This document shows positions 8,722 through 17,388 of a DNA stretch of 62,183 bases, piece after piece. A program made the translations under genes and the position numbers. Origin of the DNA: Ktedonobacterales bacterium (GTDB lineage: Bacteria > Chloroflexota > Ktedonobacteria > Ktedonobacterales > JADMIN01); assembly GCA_036559055.1 (NCBI GenBank), contig DATBTW010000256.1, positions 1 to 62,183 on the forward strand, given 5' to 3'. The notes beneath the pieces are model-generated. The model was not told the origin of the DNA. It made no database searches and saw nothing but the letters and a program-made list of their open reading frames with translations. Positions within the stretch are counted from its first letter, which is position 1. Every line of letters starts with the position of its first letter.

Positions 8722-11700
8722 ATGACCATACTTGACCGCAAGACAGCCAGAGTATCCCACCAACACCATCAGACGCAGCGCGTCACAGAGGCGCAGACCT
8801 CCATCGCGCCCGCGCTCAGCGTCGTCATTCCCACGCTGAATGAAGCGCAGAATATCGAGGCGCTGCTGCGACGACTGCACCGCGCCATGCAGGACGCCGA
8901 CATCCTCTACGAGGCGCTCATCATCGACGATCACTCGACCGATGACACCGTGGCGGTGGCAGAGCGAACGGCTGCGGCGCTGGAGGCGCCTGTGCGCGTG
9001 CTGCTCAAGCGTGGCAAGCGTGGCAAGACCTATTCGCTGATGCAAGGGCTGGATGCCGCTCAATACGAAGCGCTGGCCATTCTGGATGGCGACCTGCAAT
9101 ATCCACCAGAGGACCTGCCTGCGCTGCTCGCTGAGTTGCAGTGGTCAGACATCATCGTCGGCGACCGCCGCTCGACCTATCCGCTGGTAGATGCGCGCCG
9201 CAGCCGCTATAGTCACATCTTCAACACAGTCGTGGGACGCTGGTTGTTCGCGCTCGATACAGATGTGCAGTCGGGCATCAAGGTCTTCCGGCGCGAGGTG
9301 TACACCTCGGCGCGGCTGCGCCCTGGCCGCTGGAGCTTCGATCTGGAGCTGCTGGCGATGGCGCAGGAGCATGGCTACCGCATCATCAGCGTCGAGATCG
9401 CCATGCAGCCGCGCGGCGCCGGACAGACCAAAACGCATACGCTGGCGGTCGCCGGTGAGCTGGGCATGCGGGCGCTGGCGATGCGCCTCTATCTCGCCAC
9501 GCATGCGGCGGACGATGGAGCCGCAGCCGCCGCAGTGCCTGCCGCCAGCGAGCAGCGTGACGCGCAGATTCGCGCTTACGAGCGCTGGCTCACGCAGGAC
9601 GCGGTCGAGAGCGCGCGCGCTCATACCCGTCGCGTCGTGGATCAGTATGTGGCGGAGGCGAGCAAGGTCGTGACCACGACCCGCTGGCGCAAGCAGATCG
9701 ACTACCGCCCATTCGCGCCGCACCGCCCCGAACATTCGGCGCTGGTCACGTTCAATCCGCTGCAGCTCGGCGCCATCGCGGCGCTCCTCGTGGTTTGGGT
9801 GACGTCGCTGGTGGTGTTTGGGCTGGGCGCGCTAGCCGCCACGCTCGGCGTGGTCACGGCGTTCTACCTGCTCGACCTGGCCGTCACGCTCTTTATCTCG
9901 GTGAATACGCTGCGTCAGCGTCCTGGAGCGCCGATTGACGACCAGGTGGCGCGCGGCATCCGCCCGGAATACTGGCCCTCCTACACGATTCTCTGCCCGC
10001 TCTATCACGAGGCCGAGGTGGCCGCGCAGTTCACGCGCGCTATGCGCCTGCTCGACTATCCAACCGATCGCTTGCAGGTGCTGCTGCTGACCGAGCAGGA
10101 CGACACCGAGACACGCGAGGCGCTGCTGCGGATGTGCCTGCCCGCGCACTTCGAGGTCATCACCGTCCCCGAAGGCTCGCCGCGCACCAAGCCGCGCGCC
10201 TGCAACTTTGGGTTGACGCTCGCCACTGGCGACTTTGTGGTGATCTTCGACGCCGAAGACATCCCCGATCCGCTCCAGCTCAAGAAAGCGGTGCTGACCT
10301 TCGCGCGCCACGATGCGACACTGGCGTGCGCGCAGGCCAGCCTGGCCTTCTATAATCCCAACCAGAACCTGCTGACACGCTGGTTCGCCGCCGAGTATGC
10401 GCTGTGGTTTGGCCTGACGTTGCCCGCGCTCCAGCGCATGAAGACCTTCCTGCCGCTGGGCGGCACCTCGAACCACTTCCGCGCGCGCATCTTGCGCGAG
10501 GTCGGCGCATGGGATCCCTTCAATGTGACGGAGGACTGCGACCTCGGCGTGCGGCTCTCGCAGTATGGCTATCGCACGGCGATGGTGGACTCCACGACCT
10601 ATGAGGAAGCCAACTCCAACCTGCGCAACTGGCTGCGGCAGCGGTCGCGCTGGATCAAGGGCTACGCGCAGACCTATCTCGTCTACATGCGCCATCCCTT
10701 CAGCTATGTGCGTCAGGGCCGTGTGAACGAGCTGTTCTGGCTCCAGATCATCGTCGGGGGCCGCGCGTTCACCCAGATGCTCAACCCGATTCTGTGGCTG
10801 ATGCTGCTGGTGTACCTGGGATTCAGTGCGTGGGTGACGCCGATCTATCACATCCTGTACCCTGCGCCGGTGCTGTACGGGGCAGCATTCTGCCTGGTCA
10901 TGGGCAACTTCTTCTATGTCTACAGCTATCTGATCGCCTGCCTCAGCCGACGCCAGTACCTGCTGACCCTCTGGGCGCTCTTGATTCCCTTCTACTGGGC
11001 GCTGATGAGCGTCGCATCGTACATCGCGTTCTTCCAGTTGATCACGCGCCCCTACTATTGGGAGAAGACACGGCACGGCCTGCACCTGGCGCCGCGTCGG
11101 GCGATGGCGCCTGCTCGGCTGATCGGGCGGCTGGTCGCTGCGCGCGGCGAGCATGCGCAGTCCCGCCGCGCAGTCCGCCGTGCGACCCAGCAGACATCCG
11201 CGTGGGCGCCGCGCTGGCTGGCGCCCCTGAGCGGCGCGGTCCATGCGGTCGCGATGGCCGTGATGCAGGCGCCGCTGGCGCGCCAGACACACGAGTATCT
11301 CGCGCACGAGTTGACAGTGGCGCGGCGCGACTTCGCGCGGCGCGGACTCCAGCAGGCGACGCTCTCGCCGACCATCTCGCTCCCTGTGGCGCCTGTCGTG
11401 GATTTGCTCTCGACGACCCTCATGCCCGCCATCAGCGCGGTCGCCACCGCGCCTGCGATCACAGGCGTCGCAGCCCGCAATCCTGAGCGAGGCACGCGCT
11501 ATATGGTGGCGTTGCGCCCGCTCGCGCCGAAAGTGGTGGCCGAGGCGGAGCCGCGCAGTGCGCCATTCGGCTGGCTGCGCGACCGCTGGCTGCTCGCGAC
11601 GCTGCTGACCGCCATCGTGGCCAGCGTGGCCGCCTGCGTCTACTACTTCCGCCAGGGCGACATCCTGCTCTACAACGACGCCGAGTCGCACATGCGCCTG

Positions 11701-13245
11701 GCGCGCATGCCGTTCGACGGCGTGACCACGGGGTTGGCGCAGCTCGGCTCGGCGTGGCTCCCGCTGCCGCACATCCTCATGTGGCCGTTCGTCATGAACG
11801 ACTACCTGTGGAGCAGCGGGTTGGCGGGCGCCTGTGTTGGCATGATGGCGTTTATTGTCACATCGCTCTATGTCTATCAGATCGCGCGGCTGCTCAGCGG
11901 CTCTGGTTCCGCCGCATATGTCGGCGCGCTGGCGCTGATGCTGAACCCCAACCTGCTCTACTTGCAGGCCACCCCGCTCTCGGAGTCGACGCTGCTGGCG
12001 GTCATGGCAGGCGCCTGCTACTACTTCCTGCTCTGGACACAGCGCGACCAACTGCGCCTGCTGCTGATCGCGGCGTTCTGCGGCCTGCTGGCCACGCTGA
12101 CCCGCTACGAGGGCTGGTCGCTCTTCGCCGTGCTGACGCTGCTCGTCATCGTCGTCAATACGCTCAAGCGTCGCAGCTTCCGTCGCATCATCGGTGAGGC
12201 GCTCTTCTTCGCGGCGCCAGGAACCGTGGGCATCGGACTGTGGCTGACCTGGAACCTCTTGCTGACGGGCAATCCGCTGTTCTTTGAGAATGGCCCCTAT
12301 TCAGCGAGTCGCCAGCAAGCCGCCTACCTTGCGCGCAACCAGCTTCCCACCTATCACAGTATCTCGATGGATATGCTGACCTTCGGCGCCGATGTGCTGG
12401 AGTATGCTGGCCCCATCGTCGTGGCGCTAGCGGTCGTGGGCGGGTTCCTCTATCTGCGCCGCGTCTGGCGGCGACCGGAAGGGATCGCGACGCTGGCGCT
12501 GATCGCACCCGTGGCGCTATACCTCTACACCCTCTACAAGGGCCAGATCGTTATCTATGTGCCAATTGTCTCGGCGAATATGCCCAGTGATCTCTTCAAT
12601 GTGCGCTATGCGACCAGCGCGCTCCTCCCGCTGGCGGTCTTTGTGGCGACCCTGGTGGGGCGACGTCGGCTGCTTCAGATCGCCGCCGTCATCCTGATCG
12701 TGGGGCAGGCGGTCATCACGACGACAGGTGGCGTGATCTCACTGCAAGATGGTCAGTATGGCCTGTCATGCTTGCAGTTCAAGCAGTCCGACATCTTCCT
12801 GGCGGAGCACTACAACGGTGGGCGCCTGCTCGCCGACCTGTACGGAAACCCTCTGGCGCTGGACGTGCTTGACATCCACTACGACGACGTCGTCTATGTT
12901 GGCTCATACATGGTCTGGCAGGAGGCGCTCGCGCAGCCGCAGGACTATGTGGATTGGGTCGTCGTGCGGCCAGGCGATGCCGTCTCGCAGGGGCTGGATG
13001 TCAACAGCGCATCATTCAAGGCCCATTTCATCCTGGTCGAACAGGATAGTAGCGGCAACCAGATCTATTACAAGCGCGGGCTGCCATCGCTGCCCAATCG
13101 GCCCGCTCCCCTGCAATTGATGCGGCGCTATGATCGCTGCGACCCGCCCTACAACATCAACGACCTTTCCGCCTTGACGGCGTCCGGGCATTCATCCGCG
13201 CAGGCCATACTCTCCTCTGAGGCGACGAGGAAGACCCTCGCCTGA
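8722..13245 (+). CDS. Tri-modular glycosyltransferase: an N-terminal GT2, a membrane GT2 and a C-terminal GT-C (GT39/ArnT-PMT-like) domain
   Basis: Residues about 30-250 (SVVIPTLNEAQNIE...IIDDHSTDDT...ILDGDLQYPPED) look like a DPM1/ArnC/GtrB-like GT2. Residues about 330-820 have TM helices plus YTILCPLYHE...FDAEDIPDP...TEDCDLG...QRSRWIKGY, a GT2 with a Q(R/Q)xRW motif. Residues about 960-1400 are multi-TM with YNDAESHMRLA in the first loop, as in GT-C enzymes. The last 100 aa or so look like a soluble tail. Confidence 0.8.
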   Translation: MTILDRKTARVSHQHHQTQRVTEAQTSIAPALSVVIPTLNEAQNIEALLRRLHRAMQDADILYEALIIDDHSTDDTVAVAERTAAALEAPVRVLLKRGKRGKTYSLMQGLDAAQYEALAILDGDLQYPPEDLPALLAELQWSDIIVGDRRSTYPLVDARRSRYSHIFNTVVGRWLFALDTDVQSGIKVFRREVYTSARLRPGRWSFDLELLAMAQEHGYRIISVEIAMQPRGAGQTKTHTLAVAGELGMRALAMRLYLATHAADDGAAAAAVPAASEQRDAQIRAYERWLTQDAVESARAHTRRVVDQYVAEASKVVTTTRWRKQIDYRPFAPHRPEHSALVTFNPLQLGAIAALLVVWVTSLVVFGLGALAATLGVVTAFYLLDLAVTLFISVNTLRQRPGAPIDDQVARGIRPEYWPSYTILCPLYHEAEVAAQFTRAMRLLDYPTDRLQVLLLTEQDDTETREALLRMCLPAHFEVITVPEGSPRTKPRACNFGLTLATGDFVVIFDAEDIPDPLQLKKAVLTFARHDATLACAQASLAFYNPNQNLLTRWFAAEYALWFGLTLPALQRMKTFLPLGGTSNHFRARILREVGAWDPFNVTEDCDLGVRLSQYGYRTAMVDSTTYEEANSNLRNWLRQRSRWIKGYAQTYLVYMRHPFSYVRQGRVNELFWLQIIVGGRAFTQMLNPILWLMLLVYLGFSAWVTPIYHILYPAPVLYGAAFCLVMGNFFYVYSYLIACLSRRQYLLTLWALLIPFYWALMSVASYIAFFQLITRPYYWEKTRHGLHLAPRRAMAPARLIGRLVAARGEHAQSRRAVRRATQQTSAWAPRWLAPLSGAVHAVAMAVMQAPLARQTHEYLAHELTVARRDFARRGLQQATLSPTISLPVAPVVDLLSTTLMPAISAVATAPAITGVAARNPERGTRYMVALRPLAPKVVAEAEPRSAPFGWLRDRWLLATLLTAIVASVAACVYYFRQGDILLYNDAESHMRLARMPFDGVTTGLAQLGSAWLPLPHILMWPFVMNDYLWSSGLAGACVGMMAFIVTSLYVYQIARLLSGSGSAAYVGALALMLNPNLLYLQATPLSESTLLAVMAGACYYFLLWTQRDQLRLLLIAAFCGLLATLTRYEGWSLFAVLTLLVIVVNTLKRRSFRRIIGEALFFAAPGTVGIGLWLTWNLLLTGNPLFFENGPYSASRQQAAYLARNQLPTYHSISMDMLTFGADVLEYAGPIVVALAVVGGFLYLRRVWRRPEGIATLALIAPVALYLYTLYKGQIVIYVPIVSANMPSDLFNVRYATSALLPLAVFVATLVGRRRLLQIAAVILIVGQAVITTTGGVISLQDGQYGLSCLQFKQSDIFLAEHYNGGRLLADLYGNPLALDVLDIHYDDVVYVGSYMVWQEALAQPQDYVDWVVVRPGDAVSQGLDVNSASFKAHFILVEQDSSGNQIYYKRGLPSLPNRPAPLQLMRRYDRCDPPYNINDLSALTASGHSSAQAILSSEATRKTLA

Positions 13246-13270
13246 TCGTGAGATCGCGCCGTGTCGTCGC

Positions 13271-14428
13271 TCAGGCGGCGGTCGAGAGGTATTGCGCCTT
13301 GAGCGCGGCGGCGGCCTCTGGTGAAGGGGAGAAGGCGCCGTTGTCCCACGCCCAGAAGAACAGCCCGACGATGTGCTGATCGCCAAAGACCGCCTGCGCC
13401 GCTGCGGTATAGGCTGCCGCCTGGAGCGCCGGGTCAGCGGGAGCCGTGGTGGTGTGCTCCCACGGACGATAGAGCGCATCGGTCGCGTTGCGGTAGCCAA
13501 TCTCGGAGAAGATCAGCGGCTTGCCCGTCGTCTGCGAGAAGCGGTCGAGCATCGGCAGCAGGCTCGCTCTCCAGACCGAGCGAATTCGGTCGGCCGAGAG
13601 CGCCTGTGGACTCTGCGCGACCGGCATATACTCCGAGACGCCGATGTCATCGAGCGCTGGATTGCTCAGCCAGCCGGGGATGGGCTTCGAGAGCGAGTTC
13701 CAGTTGATGTCGTAGGTCAGCTTGCCGGTGAAGACGCCACGCTCGCGGCTGATGAGTGTATTCCACAGCGACGCTGGCTGTTGCTCCAGCGCTTGCAGCT
13801 CCGTCCCGATGCCAAGCTGATCGGCCCCCGCCTGCTGCGCCGCGCGCACATACGGCTCGTACCCGGCCCAGTAGCCGTCGAACCACGCCTGCGCCTGCGT
13901 CTCGCTGTCGAAGTAGATCAGGCCCGACCAATCCTGGCCCGCTGGCACATTCAGCACATTCAGCAGCGGCTCAACAAAGACCTTCAGCCCCAGGTGATGC
14001 GCGTAGGCGATGCCATCGGCGAGCTCCTGTGGCGTGGGGGTACCGCTGCCGGGGTGGATGGTCGTGGCCTGGTAGCCGTCCTGATAGAGATCGACGACAA
14101 TCGAGACCCAGCGCGCCCCCGTCTGCCGTTGCAGCGTGACCAGGCCAGAGCGCCAGGCGGTATCTTTGGCGCTGTAGGCGGTCGTGCTCCACTGCGGGAA
14201 TGCGACGCCCGCCTCGACCTCGGGGCGCTCGAAGGGGATAGGCGTGGGGGTGGGCGGCGCCGGAGTGGCCGTCGCGCTTGGCGCCTTCCCCTGCGCCTGA
14301 CAGGCGGCGACCAGCGGGCCGAGCGCCATCAGCAGCGCGATGGAGACGATCCTCACGGGCGCTTGCGCGGGCCGACCAGCTCGCCTCCGCCACGCGCCGC
14401 GCCACAGGTTCAGCAACGCCAACACCAT
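13271..14428 (-). CDS. Secreted clan GH-A (TIM-barrel) glycoside-hydrolase-like protein
   Basis: ATG at 14428. It has a signal/anchor segment (VSIALLMALGPLVAACQAQG), a Pro/Thr linker, and candidate catalytic glutamates in VFVEPLLN and IFSEIGYR. Confidence 0.55.
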   Translation of the reverse strand: MVLALLNLWRGAWRRRAGRPAQAPVRIVSIALLMALGPLVAACQAQGKAPSATATPAPPTPTPIPFERPEVEAGVAFPQWSTTAYSAKDTAWRSGLVTLQRQTGARWVSIVVDLYQDGYQATTIHPGSGTPTPQELADGIAYAHHLGLKVFVEPLLNVLNVPAGQDWSGLIYFDSETQAQAWFDGYWAGYEPYVRAAQQAGADQLGIGTELQALEQQPASLWNTLISRERGVFTGKLTYDINWNSLSKPIPGWLSNPALDDIGVSEYMPVAQSPQALSADRIRSVWRASLLPMLDRFSQTTGKPLIFSEIGYRNATDALYRPWEHTTTAPADPALQAAAYTAAAQAVFGDQHIVGLFFWAWDNGAFSPSPEAAAALKAQYLSTAA

Positions 14429-14550
14429 CTCACGCTCCCCCAGTGCTCCGTGAGCAGTCCAGAGCCGCGCCGCCCACCGCCTGCTCTTGCGCTCTATTGT
14501 GCCGCAGCTTCTGGCGGAGGGCCAGATACCATAATGGCTAGCCAATCTTC

Positions 14551-15786
14551 TCAGCCGTCGCGGCTGGGGACGGCCTGGCCGCGGTCGCGCAGCGCGCTGA
14601 TGAAGGCGGCGATGTCGATGCTGGTGAGCCGCCGCGAGACCGCCGCGCCCCAGATGTAGCGTCCGCGCTGGCGCCGCTCATTGGCCAGCAGCCGCACGCG
14701 AAATGAGCCATCCATGCGCACGAAGATGCGCAGGATGCGCGGGCGCGTGGAGCGGTCGTAGAGTTTGGCGCAGGCGCGGCTATGCGCCTGGAGATCCTCA
14801 GCAGTGTGGCTGGGATCGAGCGCGGCGATGGCGGCGCGCTCCTCGGCCACGGCGGCGGCGCGCAGCGCGGGTTCGCGCAGGTTGCGCAGGAAGCTGCGCG
14901 CCATGAAGCCTGTGTGCGGCGCCTCGGCGCGTGGCAGCGCGTAATCGCTGAACTCCCAGTAGGCCGTGACCCCCAGCCAGCTATCGCGCCCGCCGGTGAC
15001 GGCCAGCAGCGGCGCCTCGGCGAAGATGTTGCGCTGGCGGCGCTTGCCCGATGGCGGCTCCAGCGGCTCCAGCAGCAGGCGCATGCCACGCGGTATCGGC
15101 CCCTTCTGCCGCACGCCGTGCGTGGTAGGCGTCAGATAGGGATTGCGGCCGCCCGCGCCCGACGTTGCGAGGAGCGCCGCGACATCCACCTGATCCACGC
15201 CCTCCTGCGCGCGGGCGATGGCGCGCGCGCGGCGGAAGGGCGCCGTCTGGCCGAGCAGCAGCCGCGATTCGCGCAGCAGTTGCGTCGTGAAGATCAACTG
15301 CGCCATCTCGACAGAGAAGCGCGCGACGGTGGCGCGGGCGCTCTTGTCCTCCAACTTATTGGCGGCCAGCGCGGCAGCCAGCGTGGCGCGCTCCTCCTCC
15401 GGTCGGCGGGCCAGCGCGGCGTGCGCCAGCTCGGTGACGGTCTCGTATCCGCTGACGATGCCCACTTCGACATCTTTCGCCGTGACGAGCAGCGGCAGCG
15501 CGATCTCCAGCTCTTCGTGAAACTCGCTGACGGTGGTGGAGACGCGCGGGATGACGAGCAGCAGCAGCAGCGCCGCCAGCGCCAGGCAGCCGCACGCGAT
15601 GATGACATCGGCCTGCCCATTGAAGCGCGCGATGAGCACCGAGGTGAAGATATTGAGCGCAGCCCCCACCAGCACCGTGACGACCACCACGCTGATGAAC
15701 AGCTCGCCCAGGCGTCCCCGCGCGGCGCGGCTCTCCTCCTCCAACGTCGGCGCGCCGCCCGTCCACTCATCCTGCAGATTGGCCAT
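14551..15786 (-). CDS. Hypothetical protein with an N-terminal 2-TM hairpin and a cytoplasmic domain of about 300 aa
   Basis: ATG at 15786 (MANLQDEWTGG...). There are two hydrophobic helices (LFISVVVVTVLVGAALNIFTSVLIA and VIIACGCLALAALLLLLVI). GC3-rich codon usage supports coding. I recognise no family. Confidence 0.55.
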   Translation of the reverse strand: MANLQDEWTGGAPTLEEESRAARGRLGELFISVVVVTVLVGAALNIFTSVLIARFNGQADVIIACGCLALAALLLLLVIPRVSTTVSEFHEELEIALPLLVTAKDVEVGIVSGYETVTELAHAALARRPEEERATLAAALAANKLEDKSARATVARFSVEMAQLIFTTQLLRESRLLLGQTAPFRRARAIARAQEGVDQVDVAALLATSGAGGRNPYLTPTTHGVRQKGPIPRGMRLLLEPLEPPSGKRRQRNIFAEAPLLAVTGGRDSWLGVTAYWEFSDYALPRAEAPHTGFMARSFLRNLREPALRAAAVAEERAAIAALDPSHTAEDLQAHSRACAKLYDRSTRPRILRIFVRMDGSFRVRLLANERRQRGRYIWGAAVSRRLTSIDIAAFISALRDRGQAVPSRDG

Positions 15787-15983
15787 AGCTCCGCTCGCTC
15801 CCTCACTCCGTCGTTCGCCTGCCGGGCAGTGTAGCACAGCAAGAACACCGTGGGCGTCGCTCAGTGGCGCAGATCGCCTAGACCATTCTGCCGCTTGACA
15901 TTGCCTTTGTCTGATGGCCTGACTATGCGGTGCGTGGAGCTGGACGCCAGACGCGATGAGCGCCAGAAGGAGGCAACGCTTCG

Positions 15984-16274
15984 ATGGCCACATACGTCAC
16001 ACTGGTGAGTTGGACCGAACAGGGAGTGAAGAACGCCCAGGATACCACCCGCCGCGCCCGTGAGTTCAGCAGCGACGTGGAGCGACGCGGCGGAAAGGTG
16101 CTGGGATTGTACTGGACGCAGGGACGCTACGATATCGTCACGATCGTCGACTTCCCCGACGAACAGACGGCGATGGCCGAGTTGTTGGCATTGGGAAGGA
16201 TTGGTAACGTCCGCACGGAGACGCTTCGCGCCTTCAGCGAGAGCGAGATGGATCAGATCATCCGAAAGATCTGA
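15984..16274 (+). CDS. GYD domain protein
   Basis: 96 aa. MATYVTLVSWTEQGVKN...GRYDIVTIVDFPDEQTAMA is the characteristic GYD family pattern. Confidence 0.85.
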   Translation: MATYVTLVSWTEQGVKNAQDTTRRAREFSSDVERRGGKVLGLYWTQGRYDIVTIVDFPDEQTAMAELLALGRIGNVRTETLRAFSESEMDQIIRKI

Positions 16275-16446
16275 CGCTCTGCCAGGTCTCGGCGCCCAGC
16301 CCCAAGCCGCCGAAGCCTCACCCACCGCTCCTGGCGCCCTCGCGCCGTTAAACTTCTGCCTTGCTTTCCTCGTATATACTCTACTTGGCAGACGAATCCT
16401 CGACTCTGGCTATCGCGCCGCGTGACACCTGAGGAGAACGAAGACG

Positions 16447-16620
16447 ATGCTACCCCATGATCAACGCGAACTGATGGGCCTGGACACCTACGAGAAAGAG
16501 GCGCGCATACGCCTCGACCCGTTCGACCAGGGGCGACAGGACGACCAGTATGATCCCGACGACCCGCGTTATGAGCGCAACTGGTTCAAGCGCTTCTGGG
16601 CGAAACTGCGCAGGCGCTAG
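16447..16620 (+). CDS. Small hypothetical protein of 57 aa, below the ORF-track cutoff
   Basis: ATG at 16447 preceded by GAGGAG (cacctgaggagaacgaagacgATG). It translates to MLPHDQRELMGLDTYEKEARIRLDPFDQGRQDDQYDPDDPRYERNWFKRFWAKLRRR, with GC-rich third positions and a TAG stop at 16618-16620. Confidence 0.45.
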   Translation: MLPHDQRELMGLDTYEKEARIRLDPFDQGRQDDQYDPDDPRYERNWFKRFWAKLRRR

Positions 16621-16709
16621 GCCAGGCCCGCAGCGCGTGATATACTGCACGCAAGGAAATGTCTGAGCTTGCGCGCTCCACCACGAGCAGGCCGGACATT
16701 CTCGATAGC

Positions 16710-16791
16710 GGGCGATTGCTGAAATTGGCAGACAGGCCAGACTTAGGATCTGGTGGCGCAAGCCGTGCGGGTTCGAGTCCCGCATCGCCCA
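16710..16791 (+). tRNA. tRNA-Leu, anticodon UAG
   Basis: Manual cloverleaf: acceptor GGGCGAT/ATCGCCC with discriminator A; a 3-bp D stem with an AAATTGGCAGA loop; anticodon stem CCAGA/TCTGG with loop CTTAGGA; a 13-nt variable arm (GGC-GCAA-GCC hairpin); and T arm GCGGG-TTCGAGT-CCCGC. CCA is not encoded. Confidence 0.9.
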
Positions 16792-16800
16792 CCCCCGCAG

Positions 16801-16848
16801 ACGCTGAACGCTCCCCGGCTCGGAAGTGAGCCGGGGAGCGTTCAGCGT
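16801..16848 (+). terminator. Perfect 20-bp stem hairpin immediately 3' of tRNA-Leu
   Basis: acgctgaacgctccccggct - cggaagtg - agccggggagcgttcagcgt. There is no U tract after it. Confidence 0.5.
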
Positions 16849-17251
16849 TCGCGCATCATGCTGGCGCCGCATCGTCCGCCGCTGGCGTGGCGTCACGCTC
16901 TTCAATGCGCTGGACGCGCAGGGCCACGACGCCGCATCGCATGAGGTTCAGGATAGCTGCGGCGGCCACCCGGAGAAGACTGGCAATTACCATTACCACG
17001 AAATCTCGCCCTGCATCCTGCGCACGGCGACGGGTAGCTCGACGCTGGTGGGCTATGCGCTCGACGGCTTCGGCATCTATGTGGAGCGCGACGCGAACGG
17101 GAACCTCCTGACCGACGCCGACCTGGATGCCTGCCACGGACGCACGAGCGTCGTCACCTGGGACGGCAAGCAGGTGAGCATGTATCACTATGACGCCACC
17201 GCCGAGTATCCCTATACGCTCGGCTGCTATCGCGGCACGCCTGTTCGGTAA
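16826..17251 (+). pseudogene. YHYH-domain protein fragment, apparently truncated at the N-terminus
   Basis: It contains DSCGGHPEKTGNYHYHEISP...GYALDGFGIY...LDACHG...YHYDAT, the YHYH family core. Only about 25 codons precede the core, and they overlap the tRNA-flanking hairpin. I see no signal peptide and no convincing start. Confidence 0.5.
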
Positions 17252-17388
17252 ACGCAACCCGCCGCATGATATACTCCCCTACGGATGGCGCTGTGTCCGT
17301 GTCCACCCTCGTCCTGCCCGGCTCGCATGCGCCATCAGAGTCATATGCGAGCCGATGAGGGCAGACCTAGCCTGGGAGCGTGGCAGCT

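Noticed and set aside
9832-12051. Very long antisense ORFs opposite real genes. Examples are 9832..12051(-), 30706..31962(+), 45348..46775(+), 19589..21514(-), 21935..23455(-), 55668..57101(+) and 38130..39551(-).
   Set aside because: These are typical shadow ORFs of high-GC DNA. Their translations are Arg/Ala/Gly/His-rich with no motifs, and the opposite strand encodes clearly recognisable proteins.
15895-15926. TTGACA at 15895-15900 as the promoter for the GYD gene.
   Set aside because: No acceptable -10 hexamer lies at 16-18 nt spacing. The nearest, GACTAT, is 20 nt away.
16450-16905. A 151-aa minus-strand ORF spanning the tRNA-Leu locus.
   Set aside because: It overlaps the tRNA gene and its hairpin. 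Its translation (…DSNPHGLRH…) is the usual artefact of reading through a tRNA. The plus-strand 57-codon ORF explains the left part better.
17270-17388. A ZTP (pfl) riboswitch upstream of glyA.
   Set aside because: There are only partial resemblances (GGATGGCG versus GACUGGCG, and GCCTGGGAG versus CCGCCUGGGCA). The expected pseudoknot complementarity between those two segments is not present.
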